Shown in pieces: positions 1-11,200 of a stretch of 64,000 nucleotides of DNA. The stretch is taken from NCBI RefSeq assembly GCF_964204645.1, contig NC_134029.1:2604001-2668000 (forward strand), given 5' to 3'. The stretch's first letter is position 1, and each line of letters opens with the position of its first letter. The notes beneath the pieces were generated by a model, which saw nothing but the letters and a program-made list of their open reading frames with translations, ran no database searches and had not been told where the DNA came from. The position numbers and the translations under genes were made by a program. Source of the stretch: Tubulanus polymorphus (lineage: Eukaryota; Animalia; Nemertea).

Positions 1-149
1 ATTTTTAGGAATCAGTGAAATATTCTCAATTTTCTCATAGAATTTCAGGGCAACTTGAAATTTTAAATCTGCACGCACCAGTGTTGTATCTTAAACATGG
101 AATTTTTCTGGTATAATGATCAGATTAATGATTTGTTATTATTTTCTAG

Positions 150-284
150 GTGTTCAGATCAAGTTCAAAGGGTTTGCTAAAGTCCATTGGACTGAACAGC
201 ATGGTTCGGGTAAAAACAGACATACTGTTCACTACCACAATGAGGAGACTTATTTTAATGAAAAACGTGTCGTTCTCGGAAGAG
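150..284 (+). CDS. Alpha-arrestin (ARRDC-like) internal exon, arrestin-N domain; upstream exon(s) lie outside the window
   Basis: Acceptor ttttctag|, donor AG|gtaaga, phase 1 to 1. Peptide GVQIKFKGFAKVHWTEQHGSGKNRHTVHYHNEETYF matches the alpha-arrestin G.A.V.W.E...Y...E.YF pattern. Confidence 0.92.
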
Positions 285-289
285 GTAAG

Positions 290-1033
290 AGAACCCTAGA
301 ACCCTAGAATCATCAGATAGAACCTTAAAATCATCAGATCGAATCGTAGAACCCTATAATCATCAGAAAGATTGTAGAACCCTAGAATCATCAGATCGTC
401 AGATAGAACCCTACAATTATCAGGAAGATTGTAGAATCCTAGAATCATCAGATCGTCAGATAGAACCCTATAATCATCAGAAAGATTGTAGAACCCTAGA
501 ATCATCAGATCGTCAGATAGAACCCTAGAATCATCAGATCGAATCGTAGAACCCTATAATCATCAAAAAGATTGTAGAATCCTAGAATCATCAGATCGTC
601 AGATAGAACCCTAGAATCATCAGATCGAATAGTAGAACCCTATAATCATCAAAAAGATTGTAGAACCCTATAATCATCAGAAAGATTGTAGAACCCTAGA
701 ATCATCAGATCGAATCATAAACCCTATAATCATCAGATAGATTGTAGAACCCTAGAATCATCAGATCGTCAGATAGAACCCTAGAATCATCAGATCGAAT
801 CGTAGAACCCTATAATCATCAGAAAGATTGGAGAACCCTAGTACCGTAGAATCATCAGATCGTCAGATAGAACCCTAGAATCATCAGATCGAATCGTAGA
901 ACCCTATAATCATCAAAAAGATTGTAGAACCCTATAATCATCCAAAATATTGTAGAACCCTAGAATCATCAGAAAGATTGTAGAACCCTAGAATCATCAG
1001 ATAGAACCCCAGAATCATCAGATAGAACCTAGA
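290..1033. repeat. Intronic minisatellite, variable ~23-29 bp units
   Basis: Many tandem copies of AGAACCCTA(G/T)AATCATCAGA followed by alternative tails (TAG, TCGAATCGT, TCGTCAGAT, AAGATTGT). Confidence 0.97.
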
Positions 1034-1139
1034 GACAGAACTATAAGAGATTGAAATGCAGGAAGAATATTCAATACAGAGATCGAGAGTTTATATCAAT
1101 GGTCAGACCGGTATTCAAAAAATATCATCTTCTTTTCAG

Positions 1140-1366
1140 GAACGAAAGAATCAGGAGAAGACACAGTGATGACGCCGCAGAGATACCAGTTTCCATTTCA
1201 GTTCGTTATTCCTCATCATATCCCATCTTCATTTGAAGGAGTTCACGGTCGAGTGAGGTATCATATTAAAGGCAAGGTCGACATACCGATGGCATTTGAT
1301 AAAGAATTTCAGCGACCGTTTACTATTATCGCTAATGTTGACTTGAATCAAATGCCTACTGCTCGT
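1140..1366 (+). CDS. Alpha-arrestin exon, end of arrestin-N domain
   Basis: Acceptor tcttttcag|, donor |gtaagt, in frame with the previous exon. YQFPFQFVIPHHIPSSFEGVHGRVRYHIKGKVDIP is the classic arrestin PSSFEG..G.VRY motif. Confidence 0.95.
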
Positions 1367-1759
1367 GTAAGTAAAGCCTTCTTCATCTCGTGGGAGAATT
1401 CAATATCAAATTGCTATTATTTTAGCGCTTGACAACCATTATATCTATTGAATTAGTAGTGTCAATTCTTTTTATAACGGTACCTTCGGGAACTTTCAAA
1501 AACACTTCTTAATGTATGTGCTGCGATTGCCTGCGTTCTCTGCGGTGCTGATAGATGTTGTCTATGAGCGAGACAGCAAGTGAATTCCGGGGCAATGCAA
1601 ACAATAAAGGGTCAGCATTACATGAATTTCACTTAAAGATTTTTTTCATTCTGGTATTTATTTATTGTTCAAATTATTTTTTCAGAGGCTTTTTATATTC
1701 TCGAATACCGTTTACGTTAGTTTACCTAAAAATTTGATCATTTGTTTATTTGTTTCTAG

Positions 1760-1942
1760 CAAGCGCTACAAAATGAAGACCAGAAAACTTTATGTTGTTG
1801 TTGCTGCGAATCGGGTCCGATCAGCGCCGTGATCCGTGTCGATAAAACGGGATACGTTCCCGGTGAAGGCATCAGAATCAGCGGAGAAATTACGAACAAC
1901 AGCAACAACAAAATGGATTCGTCGAAAGTAGTCATCGATCAG
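1760..1942 (+). CDS. Alpha-arrestin exon, start of arrestin-C domain
   Basis: Acceptor tgtttctag|, donor CAG|gtcaga, 183 bp phase 0 to 0. Translates QALQNEDQKTLCCCCCESGPISAVIRVDKTGYVPGEGIRISGEITNNS (SGPI...GYVPGE motif). Confidence 0.93.
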
Positions 1943-2453
1943 GTCAGAAAATAGAATATAGGCTAGTTTCTCTTTTGAATTCAATGAAAAGTGGCTTGGC
2001 TTAAGAATTGTCCTTTTCTTCATTTGATGGCAAGGTTCAAACTAAACCCTTTAATTCTTCGATGAAACATTTTCACAGACTTCAAATCTCTTGAGAGTAT
2101 TTGAAAATTTTCAACTCAACTCACAAGAAACTCCTTAAATTTTTGGAATAATTGTGAAAGTCAACGCATTTCAGTTTATAACTCGCTATACCGGTCCTCA
2201 TGGTTTATAGGGAATGCATAATTCATGAAGGTGACACAAATGACCGATGTAATATTGTGTTGGGATAGTAGCACGGAGTTGTCTCTATTTGAATTAATCA
2301 TTCCTATTGATCGTTTTTCAGTTTCATAATGTCTACTCAGATTAACGCGATATAATCAACCAACTTGAAATAGGAAAAATGTCTCCTTAGGATACGCTTC
2401 AAAAAAAAGTCCTCAAATTCTGGAAACCAATTTCATTCGTTTCTTTTCTTCAG

Positions 2454-2636
2454 AGAATTGCCTTTCACGCGACGTCCAAAACAAGATGGACTTCTTCGCA
2501 TATCGCGAAAATAAAGAAAGGTGAAATAGCGCCAGGAGGAACTGAAGTTTGGACCGGTGAGGCTATACAAATACCGCCATGTCCACCATCGATGTTACAA
2601 GGATGTAATATTATTGACGTTATATACGTATTAAAG
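2454..2636 (+). CDS. Alpha-arrestin exon, arrestin-C domain
   Basis: Acceptor ttttcttcag|, donor AAG|gttagt, 183 bp phase 0 to 0. Translates RIAFHATSKTRW...IQIPPCPPSMLQGCNIIDVIYVLK (IP..PPS...C.II.V.Y motif). Confidence 0.93.
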
Positions 2637-3068
2637 GTTAGTATTGATTTATTATTTATGATTTTACTTTATAACAGTGTTAAACATCTATTGATCGTAC
2701 CATGCTCAGAGTGAGTGAGCTATTATCATTCACTATTTACAACAGCACTTAGTTTGTATTGGTTCGTCATGGAATGTGCATTTCCATGATGTATTAATCT
2801 GCAACCTTAAACCGCCCCCACAAAGCGCTTTTCAGATGACTATAAGCCTTAGGTGCATTTGATCATTCATTTTCAATTAAAAATGTCTCGGGTGAAGTCC
2901 TGAATACATGTGTCGTGTGGACGATCAGTTTTTGAGAGTGCGCTGGAAAAAAACGTCTAATGTCTTGTGTTTGTAGTTAATTCTCAAATAGAAATAGTAT
3001 CGATGATCGAATTGGAAGATCGCTACCTGTACATTTAAATGCGTTATAAATATGAAATGTAATTTCAG

Positions 3069-3264
3069 TTGGTTGTTGATCCATCTGGGCCGTCGTTTGA
3101 CCTGGAAGTACCGATTGAAATCGTGATAGGAACGATACCGCTTCGCGATTTCTTCTATCCCTACACTCAAGCGCCTGCTCATATGAATATCGCGCAACCA
3201 GGAGGATTCGGAATGCAGCAACCAGTTGCGTCTGCTCCACCGGCTCCCGTGTCTAATGACTTGT
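3069..3264 (+). CDS. Alpha-arrestin exon, end of arrestin-C domain and Pro-rich tail
   Basis: Acceptor aatttcag|, donor |gtaagt. Contains DLEVPIEIVIGTIPL (the IVIGTIP motif). Confidence 0.93.
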
Positions 3265-3598
3265 GTAAGTATCATTTATTGATTATGTATGATTATGCAA
3301 CTCTTCGGTGATTTTACATTCGTCTGATCTCTTCCGGCATTCAAAGGACAATTCTGTTCAAGTCATCTCCTGTTTCTGGTGGAAAGCACCTTCGATAATT
3401 TTTCTAGTATATACAAGGGGCTATACATATTCATAATCCTATCCTATTACATGATTGAGGAGGTTTCATGTGTTCAGTTTTGTGGTTCAGTTTGACTCCA
3501 ACAGTTAAAATCAGTTCCTTACTTTCAATGTTTAGATTCTTAAGAGTCAAATTAACAGATATCGATTGCGTTATGATTTCGTTTTGTTCGGTTTTCAG

Positions 3599-3717
3599 AT
3601 CCACCCCCTCCCTCGTACGCGGAATGTGTTTATGGAGAAGGAGGTTCTGCGTTTAAAGATGACAATGATAAACATCAACCGTTCGTTCCGACGTACGCTT
3701 ACTATGGCTGGACATAA
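3599..3717 (+). CDS. Alpha-arrestin terminal coding exon with PPxY motif
   Basis: Acceptor gttttcag|, phase 1 matches the previous donor. Translates YPPPPSYAECVYGEGG...FVPTYAYYGWT then TAA at 3715-3717. PPSY is the WW-domain (Nedd4 family) binding motif that defines alpha-arrestins. Confidence 0.92.
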
Positions 3718-4015
3718 TTCATCTAATCGCCTCAAAACCTTAAGTTAACAGTTTAGGAAGTTATGGAAAATAGCTTTGACGCTTAGTGTGTTCAAATGCA
3801 TCATCAATCGCAGCATAAAAGTACATCATTTGACAAAGAAAAGTAAATGATAATTAGAACTTCGATTGTTTTAGGCATTTAGTGAAGAGTTCATCTGGAA
3901 AGCGACAGGTTAGGGCAGAGCGATAATAGTAAAATCATATAATGTAGTACCTCACAGTGTAAGTACATGTATTTTACGTAGAACGATGACCACACTCAAA
4001 CGTGGTGAACGGATA

Positions 4016-4217
4016 ATAAGATAAAATCCCACTATTTACAGATTAAAAGAATTTAAAAACCAGAATTTATTTATTAAATCTAAAATATTTAAAAGACACG
4101 ACGTTTCGATCTCACCCTAGAGATCATCGTCACACCTGACGATGATCTCGATGATTTAATAAATGAATTCTGGTTTTTAAATTCTTTTAATCTGTAAATA
4201 GTGGGATTTTATCTTAT
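4016..4217. mobile_element. Palindrome, probably an inverted Penelope-like element (PLE) pLTR remnant
   Basis: 65-bp arms 4016-4080 and 4153-4217 with one mismatch, plus an inner 13-bp hairpin 4120-4149. The spacer carries hammerhead-like motifs: minus strand TGACGATGATCTC..GAGATCGAAACGTC, plus strand CTGACGATG. Confidence 0.7.
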
Positions 4218-5157
4218 GTATTATACGTGTTTATGTATTACATTCAATTACACTGAATCTTTTTCTACCAGATATACACCGGTACAACCGGTACAACCGT
4301 AACTGTATATAAAATAACTGACCGTGTATTTACAAAATATATAATGGGTGAACATTCAGGGAATCTGCCCTAATCATTTAAAATATACCTCATGAAACTA
4401 TGTGATTTTCTGTACACTTATGAAATGTAATGCAGAAAATTTCTGTCGTCTGACAAGTATGTATGTGATCTGATATCTTGACGCCCTTTTTGAAAAAGAT
4501 AAAAGTTCAACTTCCCGAATCGAATATTCGCCTTTTTCATGATGATGATGAGAAATAATGTGTTTATTTCGCATTTTGCTCATGTTCAGTAAACATTATT
4601 TCATGCTCATTTTAAAATAAAGCTGCTGTATTTACTCGCGTAACATGTTTGTTATAGATATATGTTTATTTAATTATATTTGTATATTTTATTCTTGCTG
4701 TTTGTATAATAACTTTTATGTTATTGATCATTGATACTAATCTCTATAGTGTTATTATTACCTGTAATGTCATAAGTATATAATAATGTAAATCGATTTA
4801 CAAACCAAGAATTTCGTCCCAAATGACGAATTTCAATAATTTCTTATGAAAAACCATCTGTTATGGTGAACAGATTTTGTGCTTCCTTGAAGTGAATATC
4901 TGAAAAACTAAGGTACGTAGCAACTGACACGTAGTTTTGGGTGCTGTAAGTTGATTAAACGTCAGATCTTCGTTAATATCTAAATGTGTAGATATATAAA
5001 AAACTGATGAGATAAATGGAAGTTGTTTTTTAGGGTTTAGAGAGCCATGCTACTTTGTACTTAAAATTTTGAATTTTTTTCTGAAATTTTCTCGTGATAT
5101 TCGTGTTACAGATAATGCTTATATTAGATATTTAGAATTATAATTTTTCTTATTTAG

Positions 5158-5163
5158 AATAAA
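5158..5163 (+). promoter_or_regulatory. Probable polyadenylation signal of the alpha-arrestin gene
   Basis: AATAAA followed ~20-50 nt later by a GT/T-rich tract (gtgtctttac...ttttgtggtttttgtc). A second AATAAA near 4616 is an alternative. Confidence 0.5.
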
Positions 5164-6134
5164 TGCGCTTTCATTAACAGGTGTCTTTACTTATAGTTTT
5201 GTGGTTTTTGTCGATATTTCAGAAATGCCAAAATTTTCATTTTTACAATTTCCTTGAATTCATGAATTTATGAATACCGGTATGTTGCTAATCAGGATAA
5301 AGAACTAATAGGATAAGGTTGAAAAAAGATATCCCGGGGTAGCACTATGCACCCTTCAGATTGCCCCAATGCTCCTTGTCTCTAGTAGGTTTGTTCGTCG
5401 TCTCGACCCAGTTGACGTCCTAAACTTACGTCTGTAACAATCTGACATTCCTTGAATGGCTGACGTTGGAATGTGAAAACTGGTATTGGATGAAAATGGA
5501 ACATATTTGTGCTGTGAGATTCACAGAAATACCGTACCCACTTGCAGATCGCAATTGTTTCGACGTACCAACACGTCACACGATTTACTTAAAGATCATT
5601 TGTCATTTTTGAAACTTTTAATCGCATATCGACCAAACTATAAACAATAACTTAACAATAATCAAGCGAATATCTGCATTTTTTATAATAATAAACCTCA
5701 GCCATCTGAAGAGCTACGTAGCGTTTCCAACCAAAGGTTTGTGTGGCACCTCCCCCTGATCAGTAGCAGACAGTACTGGTACATGAATAGCTAGTTAATT
5801 CGAAGTTCGATTCGATACCAGATGGAAAAGAACACCGACGCTCACAACATGCTCTAGAAATCCCAAATGATGATATAGTCATAATAATATTTCGACCGTG
5901 AATATCAGGTACGTTCTCGTAAAGCTTCGTATCGATTCGTTCGAATGGTCCACGTTATGAAGATGGCAAAACACAACAACCTGTGGCTAATTTAATCTAT
6001 ATCCCAGAAAAAGGTGTTCACAGATATATAGGGTAGAGTTCTAACAACCGGATGATTGATCCCAACTTTTTGACATGTAATGTAAGATGATTACTTTGAT
6101 ATCTTTTACTGACGAGTTTGTTTCGGGATGAATT

Positions 6135-7928
6135 TTATAAAGTCTTATGTTTCTCTATACGGGATGTAGCGATTATATACGTATTTGGCAACTTATTGCC
6201 TAGCTTTATCGGATGAAGCAACCTGCACAACCATCGCCTTATTCTAATCTCGACGGTAAAAGCGGCATCCAATCGTCGTAGAACTTGCATGTAATGCTTT
6301 TGTACCTCATCACTGTTCGCCTTTTTCATCATCAACGAAATAACGTAATTAACAATCAATATGGACGTGGTGTAATAATACAAGACGTGAATGAATCTCA
6401 GGTCGTAAAGAGATTCATCCCCTGCTACACCCGCACCACCTATTTGTATGAGGAACATTCTGTACATGGCGTCCGGAAACGATAGATATCCCATCTCTTT
6501 CACCGACATTATGTACGTTACGTATACGATTTGGACCATGAACGTTAGAAGGACGAATCGAACCATCGTCGTTACCATCAAACGCAAATCGATGGCGAAT
6601 ATACCGATAAACGGAAGCCATTCGACAACGAACAGAAAACTCAGCATCAACAAAGGCGTGTAGATGGCTTTTACAGTTCGGATCACTATTTCGACGATTA
6701 AGTACACGTCCTCGCACGATTCGGCATTGCGCGCGTACGTCGGAATAATGTCCACCGATATACAAACGATAATGATCTGTCCCACCTGGCAGACAGCGTA
6801 AAGTAAAGACTGATTGATTCGGAAGAAGTTTGTCTTCGAAACGAATGGTTTTATCCCCCAAAAATTCGCACGCCACAAATCTCCAATGACTTGTCGGTAA
6901 TCGCGATTGGTGTATTTCAGAATTACTTCAACGACATCGAGACCGATTAGGATGATGAACGTGTACGCAACAAATGATATTCCGTCGACGAATTTCTGCG
7001 TCCTAGATACATTTACAGACATATCATGACAGTATTCAGAATCAAGCACGGAAGCATTGAGTTTGTGTTTATTGGCCGCCAACCATGTTGGCATATACCA
7101 CACCCAGGCATCAGCAGCCGACTGGCTTGGACTGAAGCACAAAAGCCCGATCATAAAAAACAATCGAAAAAGAAACCAAAACATCATGAAGATAACGTTG
7201 GAAGTGATTTTGTGGCTGATCCAAGACTGGATTACGGGCATCTTCAAAACTTTATGCTTGTACATTCTCTCAAACTGTTGCTCCGTGGCATAAGTCAGCA
7301 AGCGAATCGGGGAACGGATCTCGCGTCGCCAGTTATTCATCGCTTCATAGTCAGTGAAGTCGTACTCAATCATCTCTTCGTTGACGCCGTAGATATATCG
7401 CTTCGTCACGTAAATATCCGAGTCGAGGATACGTTTGAAGAATCCGTAAGCGCCGCATTTCACCGATAGTTCAAGCGGGTAAAACCCCTGACCGTCTTCC
7501 GTTCTCAGTAGTAAGTTGTAGTCGTCAGTTCCGATGCATTCCGCTAGAACATCTAAAGTTTCCAGAAGTTGTTCCTCTTTTCTCCAGTTCTCACCCGCAA
7601 ACGCGATCATATTGTGGAGGACCGTCCTCTGATGGTAGATATCGGTGAATGCGATATTTGCACCGTCTTCCAGAAGACGTTTCAGAACTTCGTTTGATGA
7701 AGAACAGGCGGCAAGGTTTAAGGGTAGGATATATTGACTAGTTCCACCCGGGCAGTCATATTCAAACCTGTTATTTACATAGTTTTCCCTCATTTCAAGA
7801 GCAGTGTATTTCGCCTTAATTTTATCGTAACCTTCGTAATCATCGGTTATTAGTATTTTGAACCAGTCAAGATTCTTTCCGATGGCTAGTGATCGGTTGG
7901 ACGCGGAATCGTTGAAATCTTTCTCCAT
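6135..7928 (-). CDS. TRPV-like ankyrin-repeat cation channel, 597 aa, no intron in the CDS
   Basis: Ankyrin-type segments (LPLNLAAC..EVLKRLLEDGANI, RTVLH, DGQGFYPLELSVKCG), TRPV linker YIYG..YD, pre-S1 PVIQSWISHK, about six hydrophobic helices, S4-S5 IGIFAIDLRLMVTTMVRF, pore helix SFPDAMYRMFLIQIG, S6 ILIVNYVISLM. Confidence 0.85.
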   Translation of the reverse strand: MEKDFNDSASNRSLAIGKNLDWFKILITDDYEGYDKIKAKYTALEMRENYVNNRFEYDCPGGTSQYILPLNLAACSSSNEVLKRLLEDGANIAFTDIYHQRTVLHNMIAFAGENWRKEEQLLETLDVLAECIGTDDYNLLLRTEDGQGFYPLELSVKCGAYGFFKRILDSDIYVTKRYIYGVNEEMIEYDFTDYEAMNNWRREIRSPIRLLTYATEQQFERMYKHKVLKMPVIQSWISHKITSNVIFMMFWFLFRLFFMIGLLCFSPSQSAADAWVWYMPTWLAANKHKLNASVLDSEYCHDMSVNVSRTQKFVDGISFVAYTFIILIGLDVVEVILKYTNRDYRQVIGDLWRANFWGIKPFVSKTNFFRINQSLLYAVCQVGQIIIVCISVDIIPTYARNAESCEDVYLIVEIVIRTVKAIYTPLLMLSFLFVVEWLPFIGIFAIDLRLMVTTMVRFVLLTFMVQIVYVTYIMSVKEMGYLSFPDAMYRMFLIQIGGAGVAGDESLYDLRFIHVLYYYTTSILIVNYVISLMMKKANSDEVQKHYMQVLRRLDAAFTVEIRIRRWLCRLLHPIKLGNKLPNTYIIATSRIEKHKTL

Positions 7929-7931
7929 TTT

Positions 7932-8278
7932 CTAAAGATTGAATGAAAAATCTTTTTTTTTTGTAAAATAGCTCATCATCGAATCTTTTTAACTGATAAG
8001 GATATCTACAAGTACAACAGGATCCCAGATTCCAGTTGTCTACCAAGACGAGTCGAATAGTCGACGTAAAATCAAATTTCTCATTAACGTTGGGTTCTAT
8101 CGACGACTGACTAATCCGATTGTAGAATGAATACTCGCAATTCAAAGCAAAACCTATTAGAGGATTTTGATGTTTCAACTCAAATGCTATCTGTCGTTTT
8201 CAAAATCATTTATTTCCCAATAGTGTAATGACTATTGCTTGTACTGTTGACATGTTATAAGATATAAAATTGTCTTAC
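7932..8278 (-). other. Candidate 5'-UTR intron of the TRPV-like gene
   Basis: On minus, donor AAG|GTAAGA at 8278 and acceptor tttttcattcaatctttag| ending 3 nt before the ATG. Confidence 0.5.
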
Positions 8279-11200
8279 CTTAACGGAAACCCTATCTGCA
8301 ATAAGTTAAGTACGGTAACGAGAAAGAGAAATGACTAATATGTGAACGATGTGATTCCTATTTAGAGGGCCAGTCCATTTTAAACCAGCTGTTAGCAGAG
8401 ATTGATCAATGAAAACCTATTATATATATGGAACCACTATTTAAATCAAGGGAAACGTGCGCTAATTGTTGATTTATGTTGGCCGCTTTTCGGTAACATT
8501 TTGAATTGATTCATTTAAAGCGATATTTACGTATGATATGGTTCTCATCATGGCTTCTAAATTAAAGAACTACTAAAGTACGCGTTGTGGTATAGTTCTG
8601 TTTGAATTATGGTTGCTGTTGTACTTCTGGTATTGTTAGCGGTAATGAACATAATAAAAAACAAGAAACAAAATGTTGGTCATGGTGGTTTTAGCAGCCG
8701 TGGTAATATTCGTGGGTTGTGAAGTCCCGGCGTCCATTAATCATTTGCTTCATTCCTTGAATTTAAATGAGAAATGTACACGTTAACCCCTCGCGAAGTT
8801 GGTATCCTCTGCGTATCCACGATTCGTCAATGAATTTGAATGTGTGACAGATCGACAATTCAGAACGGTGTCAAAACGAGTTTTTCATATAATCAACTCA
8901 GAATGAAACGACTGTAGCACAAGCTACAGGCAGATACGGCGAGTGGTCTAATAATTTAGTATAAAATGACTTTGATTTCTTTTGTTTGACCACTTCTCCC
9001 ATCATCAAATTGATGCGGATGGTTGACAAATGAAACAGTCCCCAGATTAAATCCACAGTCTCAAAACTCCAATCTGTATACGGAAAGCATCGGGTACAAA
9101 ATGACAACTAAATTTATTCGTACGAATATTTTCCTTACAGATTACTTCCGATACGACAGGAATTTAAAAGGTTTTGGTATATTGACAGGTTCTGCAATAG
9201 GTATACCCTTATCATAGAAAATAATATTTTAGAAAGAATTTCCTATATTTTTTGCATGTAATTTTTGTCTTTAAACTGTCTTCTTATCTCGACATCTTTG
9301 CTTCTTCCAGGATTGTGTCGACTTGTCGACCGTATCGCCTACGCCGACATATAGTGCATCGTCGAAATTGTCAGAGCATCGTGAAAAATAATGAAAACCA
9401 ATCGCGTGTAGTTTTTGTAGATGATGTAACTATGAATACAGATATAGTTTCTCTGTTACGTTACAAAAAAAACAATAGTTTTGCACGGGTTGGGATAACA
9501 AAAGCTTCAATAGTTACGGTTATGTTTATATAAATGTGTATTAAGTGTCATGTAACAGGAGGTGGCTGGGGTGCAAAACACTCCATAAAGAAGCACGAGG
9601 ACATTACACGGCAAATCGATCCGCACTCGGCTCAACTCGTCTTCACATCTGTAGAGGCCATTTAATATGCTTGAAAACTGACTGAATACATTATACACTG
9701 TTTATTAAACCGCCGCATAAAAACACGATTCGAATAGACAAGTGAAAATTATCAAATACACTCGAAAAAATGGATAAATTGCGAAGAAGTATCGGGAGTG
9801 ATGACAATTTTCTAAGTTCACCTCTAAATGTTTTATTTTTTATTGAGAAGTATTTTTCGATAAAAAAGTTTTTTTTTCACCTAGGTTATAATTTATATGT
9901 AGTTGTGTAAAATGGATGGTAAATACAACGAGTGGCAATAATTTTCTAAGTTCATCTCTAAATCTTTTACGTAAAAACGGATTGGGCGATTCGATTTTTG
10001 TGCATTCTTATTTCATAATTCATAGTTCTGTAGAATCACAATCCAGTCAAATTTCTAGATCAATATGTTTAACTCTTAAAATATCGGAAAACTGAACCTG
10101 AGCCAAACTAAACCTAGAACTGTGGAACTGGATCTAGGGAATGTGCATACATAGATTTTCTCGCAATAACATTTTGTAATCATTTGACAACTTGCATATT
10201 AAAGATGTTGCTGTAAATGATGGCGGTGATGATCGTACCGTACGACGCCATGTTTATGACGTGGATATTTGATATCGGTTTGTAATATTGTGTATCGTAG
10301 AATAGAACGCGATGAATATATCACAGTCAGGTTCCATATCGACATTTCACTAAAATACGACTGTGTTTGTCGTAATTACCTCCAACGCGGTCAACAGAAA
10401 GACTCAATTCAAAATTTAAACGGTAAATTGTGCGCAGTCGTGATCGCTGCTTCCGGTAATTGGGTGGGCCACTGGTGGCACCACAATAGAACAATTAGTG
10501 GTAAAACATTTGTACACAGTTACAGTACAACCAGCTCGCAACAGACTTCAATTAACGACCTCGACCATGGAGAGAGAGCACTGTCGGACAGCAACTTGCA
10601 GATTGTACCATTCATTTGCTGCTTTACCAGTAACTCAATGTTCAGATTCACGAACCAATGGTTTAATTTCAGCAGCCGATGTTTAAATACCGATTATTTT
10701 GGTATCATCGAATTCTTTTTTAAACTTTGGATCGAGTTTGACAGCTCAGTTAAGAATTGACTGTGCTATGGTATCATAAAACAATAATGAGTCTTATTGG
10801 AAATTAAGATACGAACGACGTATAGCAGGTTAAACAATAAACAAAAAATGAACTTATTATGATAACATGAATCTAATTCATAGTAGGATTTAGGGCCTGA
10901 ACAAATCTCAAATCGTTTTACACATCCGACAAGAATCGCATCGCGGGTTGGGTGTGTCTGATAGTGTAACTAGTTCTTGATAGGTGGCAGAGCTGATTAT
11001 TCGTCTTGTGTGGTTTTGCTGAAGCCAGTTCCGCTTGGTTTTTCTGTCATCCTTATTCAAGTCGCTTGTATTCAATCAAGTTTTTCTTGTGTTATGCCTG
11101 TCATTAATATATTTGGCGTAAACTTGAGACAGTCGTAGCGTCCCGCTGAGGCCTAGGCATGCTGATTAGCTATAACTATGCGCCCTTGTGCGTCTATAAT

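Noticed and set aside
290-1033. Array as a CRISPR locus, hammerhead array or coding repeat (ORF 296-505)
   Set aside because: The tails are a few recurring variants rather than unique spacers, there are no cas genes, and it lies in a eukaryotic intron. The minus strand has CTGATGA but no matching GAAA core. The ORF is a by-product of the repeat.
6285-7469. ORFs overlapping the TRPV-like gene in other frames or strands
   Set aside because: Shadow frames of a real CDS with no independent protein features.
8898-9107. Possible remnant of a second TRPV-like paralogue
   Set aside because: Only a vague FYTKLLD versus FFKRILD resemblance; no collinear similarity elsewhere.
9768-9968. Degenerate direct repeat AATTTTCTAAGTTCA(C/T)CTCTAAAT about 134 bp apart
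   Set aside because: Real, but looks like an ordinary old local duplication with no functional signal.
10269-10760. 163-aa ORF; the opposite strand contains KLDPKFKK (hAT-like)
   Set aside because: TTG start, no domain, no splice support. The minus frame has several stops and one short motif is not enough to call a transposase.
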